NCBI GenBank assembly: GCA_026225555.1
Contig: JAMFSY010000017.1
Location: 3,602 to 67,601, forward strand
DNA: 64,000 nucleotides
DNA from: Candidatus Methylacidiphilales bacterium
Lineage (GTDB): Bacteria > Verrucomicrobiota > Verrucomicrobiia > Methylacidiphilales > UBA1321
Reading direction: 5' to 3'
Position numbers and translations under genes: made by a program. Each line of letters starts with the position of its first letter. The first letter of the stretch is position 1. Shown one piece after another: positions 10,701 to 19,302 of this stretch. Below the pieces are notes generated by a model. The model ran no database searches, had not been told where the DNA came from, and saw only the letters and a program-made list of their open reading frames with translations.

Positions 10701-11251
10701 GATGCGCCTGCCTTCTCCGCGTTTCCCTGGATGGGTGAGAAGACTACGGCATTCGATGGCGCAGCCAGTGTTTCCCTGAAGTTGGGGTGGAGCGATTCGT
10801 CCCGGAGGCCTTCAGGGCCGATTTCCTCGGGCGGATGTTTATCGTCCTTCCAGGCGTAACGAAAGAGCTCGCGTCCGGAAAGATCCAGCAACTGGACGTG
10901 GTCGTATTGTCCCCGGGCCAGCATCAGTGTGGTCACGGCATTACGCAGGGCGTCGCTCGCCAGAGGCGCATGGGGATTATGCGCCAATTCCTCCTCCGCC
11001 TCACGCTTCAGGGAAAACACGTCATTGACGCGGGCACGCACCCGGACCTCGATAAAGAAGGCATCGCGACTCAGGTCCATCATCTGGTCGCGCGACTGCT
11101 CCTGCACGGCATAGTTCCAAAGGAACCGTTGCGCCGCGTACGTCAGGGCAATTACGAATCCGCAGGTCAAGAGCGCCGCAACGGCCGCCTTGGATGAAGA
11201 TCGCGCCCTTTTTTCCGAGAGAGCCGTCTCCTTCAAGAGCAGGGTCTTCAT
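7784..11251 (-). CDS. Hybrid sensor histidine kinase (periplasmic Cache-like, PAS, HisKA, HATPase_c, 2x REC)
   Basis: TM-periplasmic-TM, PAS-like segments, FLAIMSHEIRTPMNGVIG, NLIGNAVKFT, GGTGLGLAIS, two receivers. Confidence 0.93.
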   Translation of the reverse strand: MKTLLLKETALSEKRARSSSKAAVAALLTCGFVIALTYAAQRFLWNYAVQEQSRDQMMDLSRDAFFIEVRVRARVNDVFSLKREAEEELAHNPHAPLASDALRNAVTTLMLARGQYDHVQLLDLSGRELFRYAWKDDKHPPEEIGPEGLRDESLHPNFRETLAAPSNAVVFSPIQGNAEKAGASGRPVICISGQIVGLDGKPRAVLILNYRSDQLWRQTIPDRAGSAESLLLSADGFWLHGHTPDAELGFRYPDRKGVNLRRDDPALWNKIASQAAGYFEYQGNLYCFQSLDSANPAIDYPPLRMPIQGGDQLRWKLLSKLPDVLVWQGVREISLGVWLAGAGSLLTLGPLVWFGFSSVERRARALDEVLEARALLGNVINGSPNGLFVMQAIRDSTKQIVDFQMTFCNRAAEDLTQGDLSKRRVLTLMEHDSTALTDGRFQRYKKVTESGEGTSFEFLYSHIASAKWFFARVAKLGDGVIVNFTDVTKRRLAEEQLRQNELLLSLAGRMSKVGGWTIEYPSRTIRWTEEVYHIHEKPLDYRPTVEEALSFYAPESQEIVKDAVRACAKDGTPFDLEVKFVTAKGRQIWIRTMGEAEFYGGVLQRVLGTFQDITASKNALLALHKSQELLLASLAQEQELARVAKAAEKAKSEFLAIMSHEIRTPMNGVIGMTSILADTSLTQAQRECVHTIQTSGEALMSVINDVLDFSKIESGKMDLEQRSFDLRQCIEDAIDLFAARIREKKLEAAYLIAPEVPMNLVGDAIRLRQILMNLIGNAVKFTERGEVIVHVQCQKRDEKGFHLLFSVTDTGIGIPKESVAKLFQSFQQVDTSTTRRYGGTGLGLAISKRLTELMRGTMWVESEPGVGSTFFFNIVLEGRSVQGGLDSLGEQNLLKSCAVLVVDDNDANRKILGTQLITWGMTPTLVSSGAEALEKLGKQNFDVVLLDKQMPGMSGICLGREIHKVSPVPLILLSSSGDIETGGDAELFAAQIPKPIKQSHLLRALQNLTGMSVKTSRKNRPADRFDGGMAQLKPLRILLAEDNAVNQKVGLLMLGKLGYHADLANNGKQVLEALEKATYDLIFMDIQMPEMDGMETTRRLREKMEDQCPFIVALTAEALEGDRERFMGLGFDGYLSKPLGPENLQNMLRTVSRKA

Positions 11252-11460
11252 TCTGGAAGGTTCTCGGCCACAAGCCGCGCCGATCGATCAAGGCCGCATT
11301 TTTCCAACGAACAGAACGGGCGAGCGGTGGAAATACCCATGAAAACGGACAGCGTAATATTGCTAATTACGCCTGAACGTTAGGCAGACTAAACAGAAAC
11401 CATGCTTTTTTCAACCCCAAGGATGCCCCGGAAAATGCCGGGTGCTCCCCCGGCACCACC

Positions 11461-11931
11461 CTAGTCTGGAATCGAGTCAAAATCAGGCCGCGCGTGATCG
11501 AAAAGCGCCTCGTGGATCGCCGCCGGATTGGTCTGACGCGCATCAAAATAGACGCTCACCCTCTCAGACTTTGCATGGGTTTCCACCCGCTCGATTCCCT
11601 TCAGATGCTTGAGTGCTTGCTGCAATGACTTTTTATCCTGAAGGTCTTTCCGATGATCGAGCGCCAGATCGACCCGCTGGTGAAAGGCATCCTTTCCACT
11701 ATGGGGATCGGACGGCAGATCCGCGTCCAGGATCTTGGCTTTCTCATCCAAACTCCGGGTGATCTCCGGTTCCGATGGAACGGCCAGGACGTTTTTATCG
11801 GAATAATTTTCGGGATGGCTTAGAAATTCTTCCGCACGCGCCCAATGGTCCTCCGCGGAACCGACGGGCTTGCCATCTTCGATATAGAACTGATATGCCA
11901 GTCTCGCGACTTCTTCGGGCTGTGGCTTCAT
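11461..11931 (-). CDS. DUF2934-like protein with C-terminal HMA-like fold
   Basis: Start moved to ATG 11931 (MKPQPEEVARLAYQFYIEDGKPVGSAEDHWARAE, DUF2934 pattern). C-terminus LKGIERVE...VSVYFD...AAIHEAL. Confidence 0.65.
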   Translation of the reverse strand: MKPQPEEVARLAYQFYIEDGKPVGSAEDHWARAEEFLSHPENYSDKNVLAVPSEPEITRSLDEKAKILDADLPSDPHSGKDAFHQRVDLALDHRKDLQDKKSLQQALKHLKGIERVETHAKSERVSVYFDARQTNPAAIHEALFDHARPDFDSIPD

Positions 11932-12005
11932 GAGGTTAACATGCTCCCTTGTGGATTCGCCACAATCGGAATTCGCCCCCATCCCCTTATCGGGCGGAAT
12001 CTGAA

Positions 12006-12971
12006 TTACCGCGGCGGAGGCATCGTCCCGAGAAGGGCTACCAGGCAGAGCACGGCAACCGCCAATCCAAATTCCAGGAAGACAAAGCCGCGCAGGCGTT
12101 GGAGTAACAGAGAGAAAACCAGTGGTTCTTCCGCGTGGAAAAGCAGGGGAAGCAACCGATATCGATTCCATGAGGCGATGCCCAGCATGACAACGAACAG
12201 AATCAGTTTTAGGTCAAGAACCTGTCCATATTCCGTTGTCACCATCGCGGGAAAGCTGCCGACGATATAACAGGCATTGATGGTCCCCGTGCCGGCCAAA
12301 ACGAAGACCGCGATCAAACTGACTACGGAAAATCTTTCCACGACGGAAATTACGATGGAAGAAGCGACCGGCTCCTTCTCGCGGTGGACCGCGCCTAAAA
12401 ACATCGCGAGGAAAAGTAAGCCGGTGGGCCAGATAGCCGCCGTAAACAAATGCACCGCGTCCGCCCCGATCCGCCAGACAATCGCCGAACCGCCCGCCGA
12501 AGCATGGCCCGTCCACGAAAGAGAAACCAACAAGGCCGTCACCAGAGCCGAGACAATCCCGTCGAGCCATGCCGCCCAAGCTCGGGCCTGCCAAGGTCGC
12601 CGACAAAGCGGCCAGAGCAGGAGGAGAAGTCCCCCCGCCATTCCCGCCCTCCAAAGAAACACCATCCCGAATCTTGTCTGCCCCAGGACGGTGCCCCACA
12701 TTCCCCCGTCGAGAGCTTCCCGCAATGAACTGCCGCTCATCCCGGCGGTCACGGCCCAAAGCAGGGCCATACCCGACAGGATGAGAACGACAAACGCTCC
12801 GGCGAAAAGCGTCTGCAAACGACGGCAAAAGGAGCTTAACTCGCCTCGATCGCCGTCGTTTCCCCGCGTCATCCCGGGCCGCAAAACCAGCCACCGAAAC
12901 GCCATGATGCCCACCAGCATCAAGCCACTGCCGAAATGGAAGGCCCTCGCCCAGATGAGAAGAGCGGTCAT
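12006..12971 (-). CDS. copD: CopD-family copper transport membrane protein
   Basis: Multi-TM; QTRFG, SLSWTGHA, ADAVHL..AAIWPTG, RFS, TEYGQVL.LKL; adjacent to copC. Confidence 0.88.
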   Translation of the reverse strand: MTALLIWARAFHFGSGLMLVGIMAFRWLVLRPGMTRGNDGDRGELSSFCRRLQTLFAGAFVVLILSGMALLWAVTAGMSGSSLREALDGGMWGTVLGQTRFGMVFLWRAGMAGGLLLLLWPLCRRPWQARAWAAWLDGIVSALVTALLVSLSWTGHASAGGSAIVWRIGADAVHLFTAAIWPTGLLFLAMFLGAVHREKEPVASSIVISVVERFSVVSLIAVFVLAGTGTINACYIVGSFPAMVTTEYGQVLDLKLILFVVMLGIASWNRYRLLPLLFHAEEPLVFSLLLQRLRGFVFLEFGLAVAVLCLVALLGTMPPPR

Positions 12972-12983
12972 CGCATTCTCCTT

Positions 12984-13352
12984 TTAGGGCCCGCTCACCT
13001 CGAAGGTAAAGGTGCCCTTCGTATGATGCGAGTCGGTTGCGACCGCGCTCCAGGAGACCTTGTAGATTCCCGGAGCAAGCTTCGGCACCGAGACCGACAT
13101 CAAGGTTGGATGGGCCGGATCGACCTTGACGTCCTGCCGGTCAACCTCCTGCTGCGTGGCATCGAAGATGCGGACCTTGCTGAAGGCCGGTTCCAGTTCC
13201 TCGGTGAACCAGAGCTTCACTACCACCGGCGAAATCTTCACCGTGCTGCCCACGCGAGGATCGGCGTGATCAAGAAAGGCATGGGCCCGGGCGAGCGAAT
13301 TTCCAGCGAGAAACAGGCCCAACGCGATGAGATAGAGAAATGACTTTTTCAT
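12984..13352 (-). CDS. copC: CopC periplasmic copper-binding protein
   Basis: Signal peptide then AHAFL...P, LWFTEELEP, YKVSWSAVATDSHHTKG. Confidence 0.92.
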   Translation of the reverse strand: MKKSFLYLIALGLFLAGNSLARAHAFLDHADPRVGSTVKISPVVVKLWFTEELEPAFSKVRIFDATQQEVDRQDVKVDPAHPTLMSVSVPKLAPGIYKVSWSAVATDSHHTKGTFTFEVSGP

Positions 13353-14293
13353 TAGTTGTTGTCCTTTCCAACCAGGGGATGACCAAAGATTTTAGGGAAG
13401 ATATCGTCGATATAGATTTGCACCTGCACGACAGCGCCGATGTTCGGGCCGGTATGGGAGTTAATCGGGATTTCCGCCTCCACGCCAATCTGAAAGTCGG
13501 GCTGCTCCCACATGAAGCCGGGATTGATCGTCCCGGTTGTGGTTCCGCCCGAGCGATCGACCGGTGTTGTCGACGTGAATTCGACCACCGGGATGAGATC
13601 GCTCAGCGGCTTCGGCAGGCCGATGTCCTCCACGTGTTGCTGAAGATAAGGCAGACTGTACTCCAGGGCAAAACCCAGTTGCAGTGCATCCGAATTGAAT
13701 GAGCCATCGGCATTGGCCTCCTGACCGGGAATCGACATGCCGACCGTGCCGGTCAACGCAAACGGTTTCAGGTACTTCAACTGCTCCGGCAAATCGCCGA
13801 ATCCCTTGCCGAAATAAAGGGTCGGCGTGTAGGTCGTGAACGCATCGACGCCCAACGCCTTGCTGCCGGTATCCCCCAGGTCGGCCTCGCCGCCCAGCGA
13901 CAGGATCCACTCGTGCGAAGCATTCTCCCACAGCTGATACTTGGCGCTGATGGAGACGTTATCGAAACCGTCCTGCGCCGGAGCTCCCGCGCCGCGAGGA
14001 TCGAGATTGATGTAGGTACCGGAAACCCCCAAGGCAAACTTGGGGAAGATTTCCTTGTCGAACTCGCTGCTGACATCGATCTCGCGCGTCTTCGGCGTTC
14101 CATCCCCCGGGCTGGCGGGATTGTTAAATGACGAGATTCCCACTGAAAATTCATCGGTGGCAAAGGGGTCGTCGGTGGTCACGGTGGGCGGGAAGAACCG
14201 GTCTCCCTCGAAGCCATGCGCGGACACGGAATGGGTTGGGGTCAAAGTCGAAAGAATGCAGGCCACTGCACTCCCTATGAATAGAGATTTCAT
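13352..14293 (-). CDS. Secreted, probable outer-membrane beta-barrel protein associated with copCD
   Basis: Signal peptide ending SVSA-HGF, RFFPPTVTTDDPF motif, alternating hydrophobic beta-strands; stop abuts the copC start. Confidence 0.7.
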   Translation of the reverse strand: MKSLFIGSAVACILSTLTPTHSVSAHGFEGDRFFPPTVTTDDPFATDEFSVGISSFNNPASPGDGTPKTREIDVSSEFDKEIFPKFALGVSGTYINLDPRGAGAPAQDGFDNVSISAKYQLWENASHEWILSLGGEADLGDTGSKALGVDAFTTYTPTLYFGKGFGDLPEQLKYLKPFALTGTVGMSIPGQEANADGSFNSDALQLGFALEYSLPYLQQHVEDIGLPKPLSDLIPVVEFTSTTPVDRSGGTTTGTINPGFMWEQPDFQIGVEAEIPINSHTGPNIGAVVQVQIYIDDIFPKIFGHPLVGKDNN

Positions 14294-14404
14294 CTGATAA
14301 ATTCCTCATCTGAAAGGGAAGACACGGCGCAACGGCACGCGCCTTCCCAGGTTTGAAGTAGAGACATCACCGCACGCGGAGGCGCGGCGAAACAGACTGC
14401 GCTT

Positions 14405-14779
14405 TTAGCTCAGCGCGGGACGAGGGGGAGGCGTCGGCGGGGTCTCGGTGCGCTCCGAAAGGGAACGCGAAAACTCGGGATATTCCAGCGGCGAAGACGC
14501 AATCATCTCCACGGTCAGGCCTAGTGGAGGGAAAAATTTTTCGCTCTTTTCCGGCGCGGCCAGCCGGTCATTTTCGTTCTGCTGTTTTTCCGCCAGGGCA
14601 TGGCAGAGGGCGCACGGGTACTTGCCGCTGAGGGTCATGCTCACCGCTTCCGACAGGGGCACGAATTGCGAGTAATCGCGAATCATGTTCACCCACGCCA
14701 CGGCCTGAAGAATGTACCAATGGCCACCACAGGAAAAAACGAAGGCGCCCAATACGATGAGCTGGATCAGGCGCCGCAT
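14405..14779 (-). CDS. DUF2946-like protein (CxxC plus Pro-rich C-terminus)
   Basis: Hydrophobic N-terminus, GGHW..LQ.VAW..M, KYPCALCH, C-terminal ETPPTPPPRPALS; upstream of the copper genes. Confidence 0.7.
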   Translation of the reverse strand: MRRLIQLIVLGAFVFSCGGHWYILQAVAWVNMIRDYSQFVPLSEAVSMTLSGKYPCALCHALAEKQQNENDRLAAPEKSEKFFPPLGLTVEMIASSPLEYPEFSRSLSERTETPPTPPPRPALS

Positions 14780-14897
14780 GGAAGGGATATCGCAAAGCCG
14801 CGCGCAAAAAACAAGAAAACGCGCCGTTCCGCCTAACTTAGAAGAAAGCGAGTTATCACGATGGATTTGCTAATTCCTCCTCGCTCGTCGCCGCGCC

Positions 14898-16010
14898 TTA
14901 TCCGCTCCCCTGCCCCACTGCCGTCGCCACCTTCTCCAAGGCATGCTTTTGTTGCGCAACTGTCCAGGTGTGGCCGATCACGCGGGAGATCAGCGCGATC
15001 CCGCTGCCCAGCGCGGTGTCGAGCAATCGATGCACCGTGACCACCGCCTCGGGCAGCCCCGCAATGGCCACGAGGAACACGATGAACGATGTGATCCAAC
15101 CGGTGAAAAGCGCGTAATTCACTTTTTGAAACGCATAGGCCAGCCATGAGAAGAGCAGCACCAGCGCGATGAGAACGAGCGGCTGCGGACGCAGCAGCAG
15201 CGTCAACAGCGTGGCCACAGTCACCCCGGCCAGCGTCCCCAGCACGCGCGTCAAGCCGCCCACATAAGTCCGATAAAAATCGGGCTTTAACACGAGCAGT
15301 GTCGTCAGCGGCAGCCAGTAGCCGTTCTGCAAATGCAGCAAGCGATACGTCAGCACCGCCAACGCCAAGGTCGCCGCCACGCGCAACGCGTATTGGGCCG
15401 CCGTCGAGTTGAGCTTCGTCAGCGGATCACGCAAATTCAGCTCGCCACGGATGGCCTGTAGCGCCTTGTGGGGATCGACCTGCGCCACGTCCTCGCGAAG
15501 TGGGGCTCCGCTGAACAGATGCCAGAGCATCGCGAAAAGCCCGACCTGGACCACGCCGCCCGCCAAGACCAATCCACCGCGAATTACCCCATTCTCCAGC
15601 GAACCGGGAAAGGCTCCCGCGACCAGCAGCGCGATTCCGCATTGCAGACCGATCCAAGAAATATCGTCGCCGAAAACCACCAGCAAGCCGTAGACGAATC
15701 CCCAGAGGCAAGCCGCAATCGCCTCGCTGGTATCCGAGTAGCCGAGGACCGTTCCCGCGAAGGCGGAGAAGCTGGTGCCCACCACCGCCAGCAGCATGGC
15801 CGCCAAACGGGACCCCTGAATTTTCCGGAATGAGCCAAAGCCGATATTGAGCGCCGCGCCCGCCATGATCATACCGGCGGCGGGCTCGCCCAGCATGACA
15901 CCGCTGAACAGCACAGCGGCAATTGCGGGAATGCAATAGAGCCCCTCGCGCGGCTGGAAGTGCGACCAGTCCAGATGCGCCGTCTCCCGGGCCAGGCTCA
16001 ATTTTTCCAC
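14898..16010 (-). CDS. FUSC-family membrane protein
   Basis: Multi-TM; YALRVAA, GYWLPLTTLLVLKPDF, RVLGTLAG, RLLDTALG; GTG start. Confidence 0.85.
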   Translation of the reverse strand: MEKLSLARETAHLDWSHFQPREGLYCIPAIAAVLFSGVMLGEPAAGMIMAGAALNIGFGSFRKIQGSRLAAMLLAVVGTSFSAFAGTVLGYSDTSEAIAACLWGFVYGLLVVFGDDISWIGLQCGIALLVAGAFPGSLENGVIRGGLVLAGGVVQVGLFAMLWHLFSGAPLREDVAQVDPHKALQAIRGELNLRDPLTKLNSTAAQYALRVAATLALAVLTYRLLHLQNGYWLPLTTLLVLKPDFYRTYVGGLTRVLGTLAGVTVATLLTLLLRPQPLVLIALVLLFSWLAYAFQKVNYALFTGWITSFIVFLVAIAGLPEAVVTVHRLLDTALGSGIALISRVIGHTWTVAQQKHALEKVATAVGQGSG

Positions 16011-16014
16011 GGTC

Positions 16015-17274
16015 TTACCTTACCTCTTCGACTTCCAGCGACAACAGACTCTCCTGCCGGCGCGACGCTCTTTCGGCGCGACGTTCCACCGGGCGGACCA
16101 ATCCGAAATAAACCAGCAGCGAAGCGAGGGAAAAAAGGCTCATCATCGCCCCCATCGCGCGGGCGGTGTGGCCGTCGTAAAACAGGGCGATGAGCAGGCT
16201 CGCAAACGCTCCGGTCAGCATTCGGGTCGATCCCAGAACGGCCGATGCGACTCCCGCAATATCTGGCACCGGGTGGAGCGCCCCCTGGTTGGAATTGGGC
16301 CCGATCAAACCGGCGCAAAAAGTATTCAGCACGAGCAAGGGCAGAATCGTTCCCAAATGTACCCAACGGCTGTTCGCCACCGCGATCAAGGCGAGCGCCG
16401 TGAGCGCCGAGGTGATCAGGCCGATTGAAAGCAACGTCGAGGCCGGGACGGCGCGGGCGCTCAGCTTCCCGTTCACGAACGCCCCCGCCATGATGCCGAG
16501 GGCCGTCGCGGCGAAGGTCCACCCGTAAAAAGCCGTCGAAACGCCCAGCACGCCCATCATCACCAGCGGTGAACTGGAAATGTAGGAGAAGATGCAACCG
16601 AAGCTCAACGAACCCACCAGCGCATAGCCGAGGCAGATGGGATTGCGAAAGAATCGTCCATAGTTCGATGCCAGACGCCGGGGATGAATCGCCATGGGAT
16701 CCACTTGGGCCAGCGATTCCGCGAAGGCGAAGGCCACTACGATCATCAACACGAATCCGGTCACGGCCAGCGTCGCATAGATCGCCCGCCATCCGGCGAA
16801 GCTGAGAATAATCGTGCCCAGCGTGGGCGCGATCATCGGGGCAATCGTTCCCACCGTGCTCACATAGGAAAGCTTGATCCGCGCATTGATGCCATCGAAC
16901 AGATCCCGCACGATCGCCAGGGAAAGCGTCGACCCCGCCCCGGCCCCGATACCCGCCAGGAGACGGCAGAAGAGCAGCATCGGCAGAGAGTGCGCCAATG
17001 CGCAACCCGTTCCAGCGAAAGCAAATAAGAGCGTGCCGCCCAGCAACACGGGCCGCCGTCCATAGCGATCGGAGAGCGGACCGAGCGCGACCGGTCCCAA
17101 GGCGAAGCCCGCGAGAAAGAAACTCAGGGTAAGGCCTGCCGCTGCGGGCGAAATATGCAGGGAATTTCCGATCGAGACCAGCGCGGGCAGGCCCATGTCG
17201 ATGGAGAGTGGAGTCAGGCCGCCCAAGGCGCTCAGGAAGAGCGTGAAGGCAAAGGAATCGGAACGAATACGCAT
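16015..17274 (-). CDS. Bcr/CflA-family MFS multidrug efflux transporter
   Basis: PLSIDMGLPAL, GPLSDRYGRRPVLL, IVRDLF, GWRAIY; start placed at ATG 17274. Confidence 0.9.
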   Translation of the reverse strand: MRIRSDSFAFTLFLSALGGLTPLSIDMGLPALVSIGNSLHISPAAAGLTLSFFLAGFALGPVALGPLSDRYGRRPVLLGGTLLFAFAGTGCALAHSLPMLLFCRLLAGIGAGAGSTLSLAIVRDLFDGINARIKLSYVSTVGTIAPMIAPTLGTIILSFAGWRAIYATLAVTGFVLMIVVAFAFAESLAQVDPMAIHPRRLASNYGRFFRNPICLGYALVGSLSFGCIFSYISSSPLVMMGVLGVSTAFYGWTFAATALGIMAGAFVNGKLSARAVPASTLLSIGLITSALTALALIAVANSRWVHLGTILPLLVLNTFCAGLIGPNSNQGALHPVPDIAGVASAVLGSTRMLTGAFASLLIALFYDGHTARAMGAMMSLFSLASLLVYFGLVRPVERRAERASRRQESLLSLEVEEVR

Positions 17275-17371
17275 GAAAAGGGGTAAAACGAACAGACTAG
17301 CGCGGCTTGGCAGCTGCCACAAGTAAGCCCGGGCCCTTTTGGGCTCACATGCTTTACGTCATTTACCTATT

Positions 17372-17411
17372 TTGTCACCGAACGGTAACAATTCGGACAT
17401 TGGATCGTCAC
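17372..17411 (+). promoter_or_regulatory. Pho-box-like array (four 7-mers at 11-bp period) upstream of the phosphate transporter
   Basis: TTGTCAC-cgaa-CGGTAAC-aatt-CGGACAT-tgga-TCGTCAC resembles CTGTCAY repeats with 4-nt spacers. Confidence 0.5.
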
Positions 17412-17499
17412 GCGGCCCTGTCTGACTACGCCCCGCTCCAGGCAGGGTCGAGACCGACCTAGCTTCGAGGAGCAATCAGTCAATTTCAGGAGATATTAT

Positions 17500-19029
17500 A
17501 TGGAACTTTGGGGAGAGACACTCACGTTTGCCGCCGGATTCTTTTTACTTTTGGCCCTGGCCCTCGCCCTGGCTTTCGAATTCGTTAACGGTTTTCACGA
17601 TACCGCCAACGCCGTCGCGACGGTCATTTATACCAACACGCTGAAGCCCATCATCGCGGTGGTCTGGTCGGGCCTCTGGAATCTTCTTGGCGCGCTCGGC
17701 ATCGTGGGCTGGGTCCTGGGATTTTTCGGCGTCGCCATGGCCGGTAGCGCGGTGGCTTACGGCATCGTAGCCCTGCTGCCCGTGGAACTGGTGCTCAACT
17801 CCGGTTCCGGTGCGGGCTTCGCGATGATCTTCGCCCTTCTCGTTTCCGCGATCCTCTGGAACGTGGGTACCTGGTATCTCGGTCTTCCGGCCTCCAGCTC
17901 CCACACGCTGATCGGCGCCATCATGGGTGTCGGCGTGGCCGATTCCATCATCGCCGGTCACGGCATCGCGGGCGGCATCAATTGGGAACAGGCTTATAAG
18001 ATCGGCATGGCGCTGCTCTTCTCGCCCCTGGTCGGGTTTATCGGCGCGGGCCTGCTCCTGCTGATCATGAAGGCGCTCATCCACCGCGAAGACCTTTATA
18101 AGGCACCCGAAGGCAAGAATCCGCCTCCGCTTTGGATCCGCTGCCTGCTCGTGCTGACCTGCACGTTGGTCAGCGTGTTCCACGGTTCCAATGATGCCCA
18201 GAAGGGCATGGGCCTGGTCATGTTGATCCTCGTCGGCATTGTCCCCGGCGCCTTCGCCCTGAACATGGGTACGCCCACCCCGACGGTGCAAAAAGCCGTG
18301 ACGGAACTCCGTCAGGTCGTCGGCGTGGTCACCCCGCTGGCGCAGGGAACAACGGTCACCAAGGAGGAAGCGGTCGGCGAGCTCTCCGGCTTTATCAAGC
18401 CCACGGGCGGAGCCGCTTCGCCCAAGACCTTCGCCGCCGTCGCCCTGGAAAGCCAGTCGGTGGCCGATGCCCTCGGCAATGTGAGCGATTTCAACACCAT
18501 CCCGCATGACACCCGCGTTGGCCTTCGCACCGATATTTATCTGGTGGATAACGCATTGGCCAAGTTCGGCAAGAAGAAACTGATCACCGATCCTGCCGGC
18601 GCTTCCGTGGCCAAGAAAACCACGGGCGACCTGGACAGCATCATCAAGTATATCCCCCTCTGGGTGAAGTTTGCGGTCGCGGTGGCCCTCGGCTGCGGAA
18701 CGATGATCGGCTGGAAGCGCATCGTCGTCACGGTGGGTGAAAAAATCGGAAAGTCCCACCTGACCTACGCGCAGGGCGCCTCGGCTGAGTTGATGGCCGC
18801 CGCCACCATCGGACTGGCCGATGGCCTCGGCCTGCCGGTCAGCACGACCCATGTGCTCTCCTCGGGTATCGCGGGCACGATGGCCGCGAACCGGTCGGGA
18901 CTCCAAAAGGACACCTTGATCAGCATCCTGCTCGCCTGGGTGCTGACGCTCCCCGTCTGCATTTTCCTCGGGGCGACGCTCTTCTCCGCAGGGCTGTACG
19001 TGACCTTCCACGTCTTCGGCATTCGATAA
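17500..19029 (+). CDS. pit: PiT-family inorganic phosphate transporter
   Basis: FEFVNGFHDTANAVAT, GLPASSSHTLIG, HGSNDAQKGMG, GLPVSTTHVLSSGIAG; AGGAGA Shine-Dalgarno. Confidence 0.95.
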   Translation: MELWGETLTFAAGFFLLLALALALAFEFVNGFHDTANAVATVIYTNTLKPIIAVVWSGLWNLLGALGIVGWVLGFFGVAMAGSAVAYGIVALLPVELVLNSGSGAGFAMIFALLVSAILWNVGTWYLGLPASSSHTLIGAIMGVGVADSIIAGHGIAGGINWEQAYKIGMALLFSPLVGFIGAGLLLLIMKALIHREDLYKAPEGKNPPPLWIRCLLVLTCTLVSVFHGSNDAQKGMGLVMLILVGIVPGAFALNMGTPTPTVQKAVTELRQVVGVVTPLAQGTTVTKEEAVGELSGFIKPTGGAASPKTFAAVALESQSVADALGNVSDFNTIPHDTRVGLRTDIYLVDNALAKFGKKKLITDPAGASVAKKTTGDLDSIIKYIPLWVKFAVAVALGCGTMIGWKRIVVTVGEKIGKSHLTYAQGASAELMAAATIGLADGLGLPVSTTHVLSSGIAGTMAANRSGLQKDTLISILLAWVLTLPVCIFLGATLFSAGLYVTFHVFGIR

Positions 19030-19089
19030 CGAAGCTTGCATCGGACCACCGCGCGGCGCGCGGCGGCTACCACTGCAAGTAGTAGATTT

Positions 19090-19123
19090 AAAAAGGCGAC
19101 GTGAATTTCACGTCGCCTTTTTT
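19090..19123. terminator. Probable bidirectional intrinsic terminator
   Basis: AAAAAGGCGACGTGAA-T-TTCACGTCGCCTTTTTT between convergent genes. Confidence 0.85.
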
Positions 19124-19159
19124 CTGGATCTCATCCCGGGAGAGTGGCTGAAAAAGTCA

Positions 19160-19259
19160 GTCATCCTGAGCTTGTCGAAGGATCAGGTCGGTTGCCTCCC
19201 GCTTTTACTGAAGGCAGAACTGATCCTGCCACACGTGTGTGCGACAAGCTCAGGATGAC
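19160..19259. repeat. REP-like palindromic element (GTCATCCTGAGC type)
   Basis: 18-bp terminal inverted repeats GTCATCCTGAGCTTGTCG / CGACAAGCTCAGGATGAC, with inner GGATCAG/CTGATCC pairing. Confidence 0.75.
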
Positions 19260-19302
19260 AGGAATTTTGAGAAGGTCGCCTTTCCCCAGCAAGCTCCCAG
19301 CT

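Noticed and set aside
108-11251. tRNA-anchored genomic island
   Set aside because: The block lies on the 5' side of the tRNA, and no integrase or duplicated tRNA 3' end was seen.
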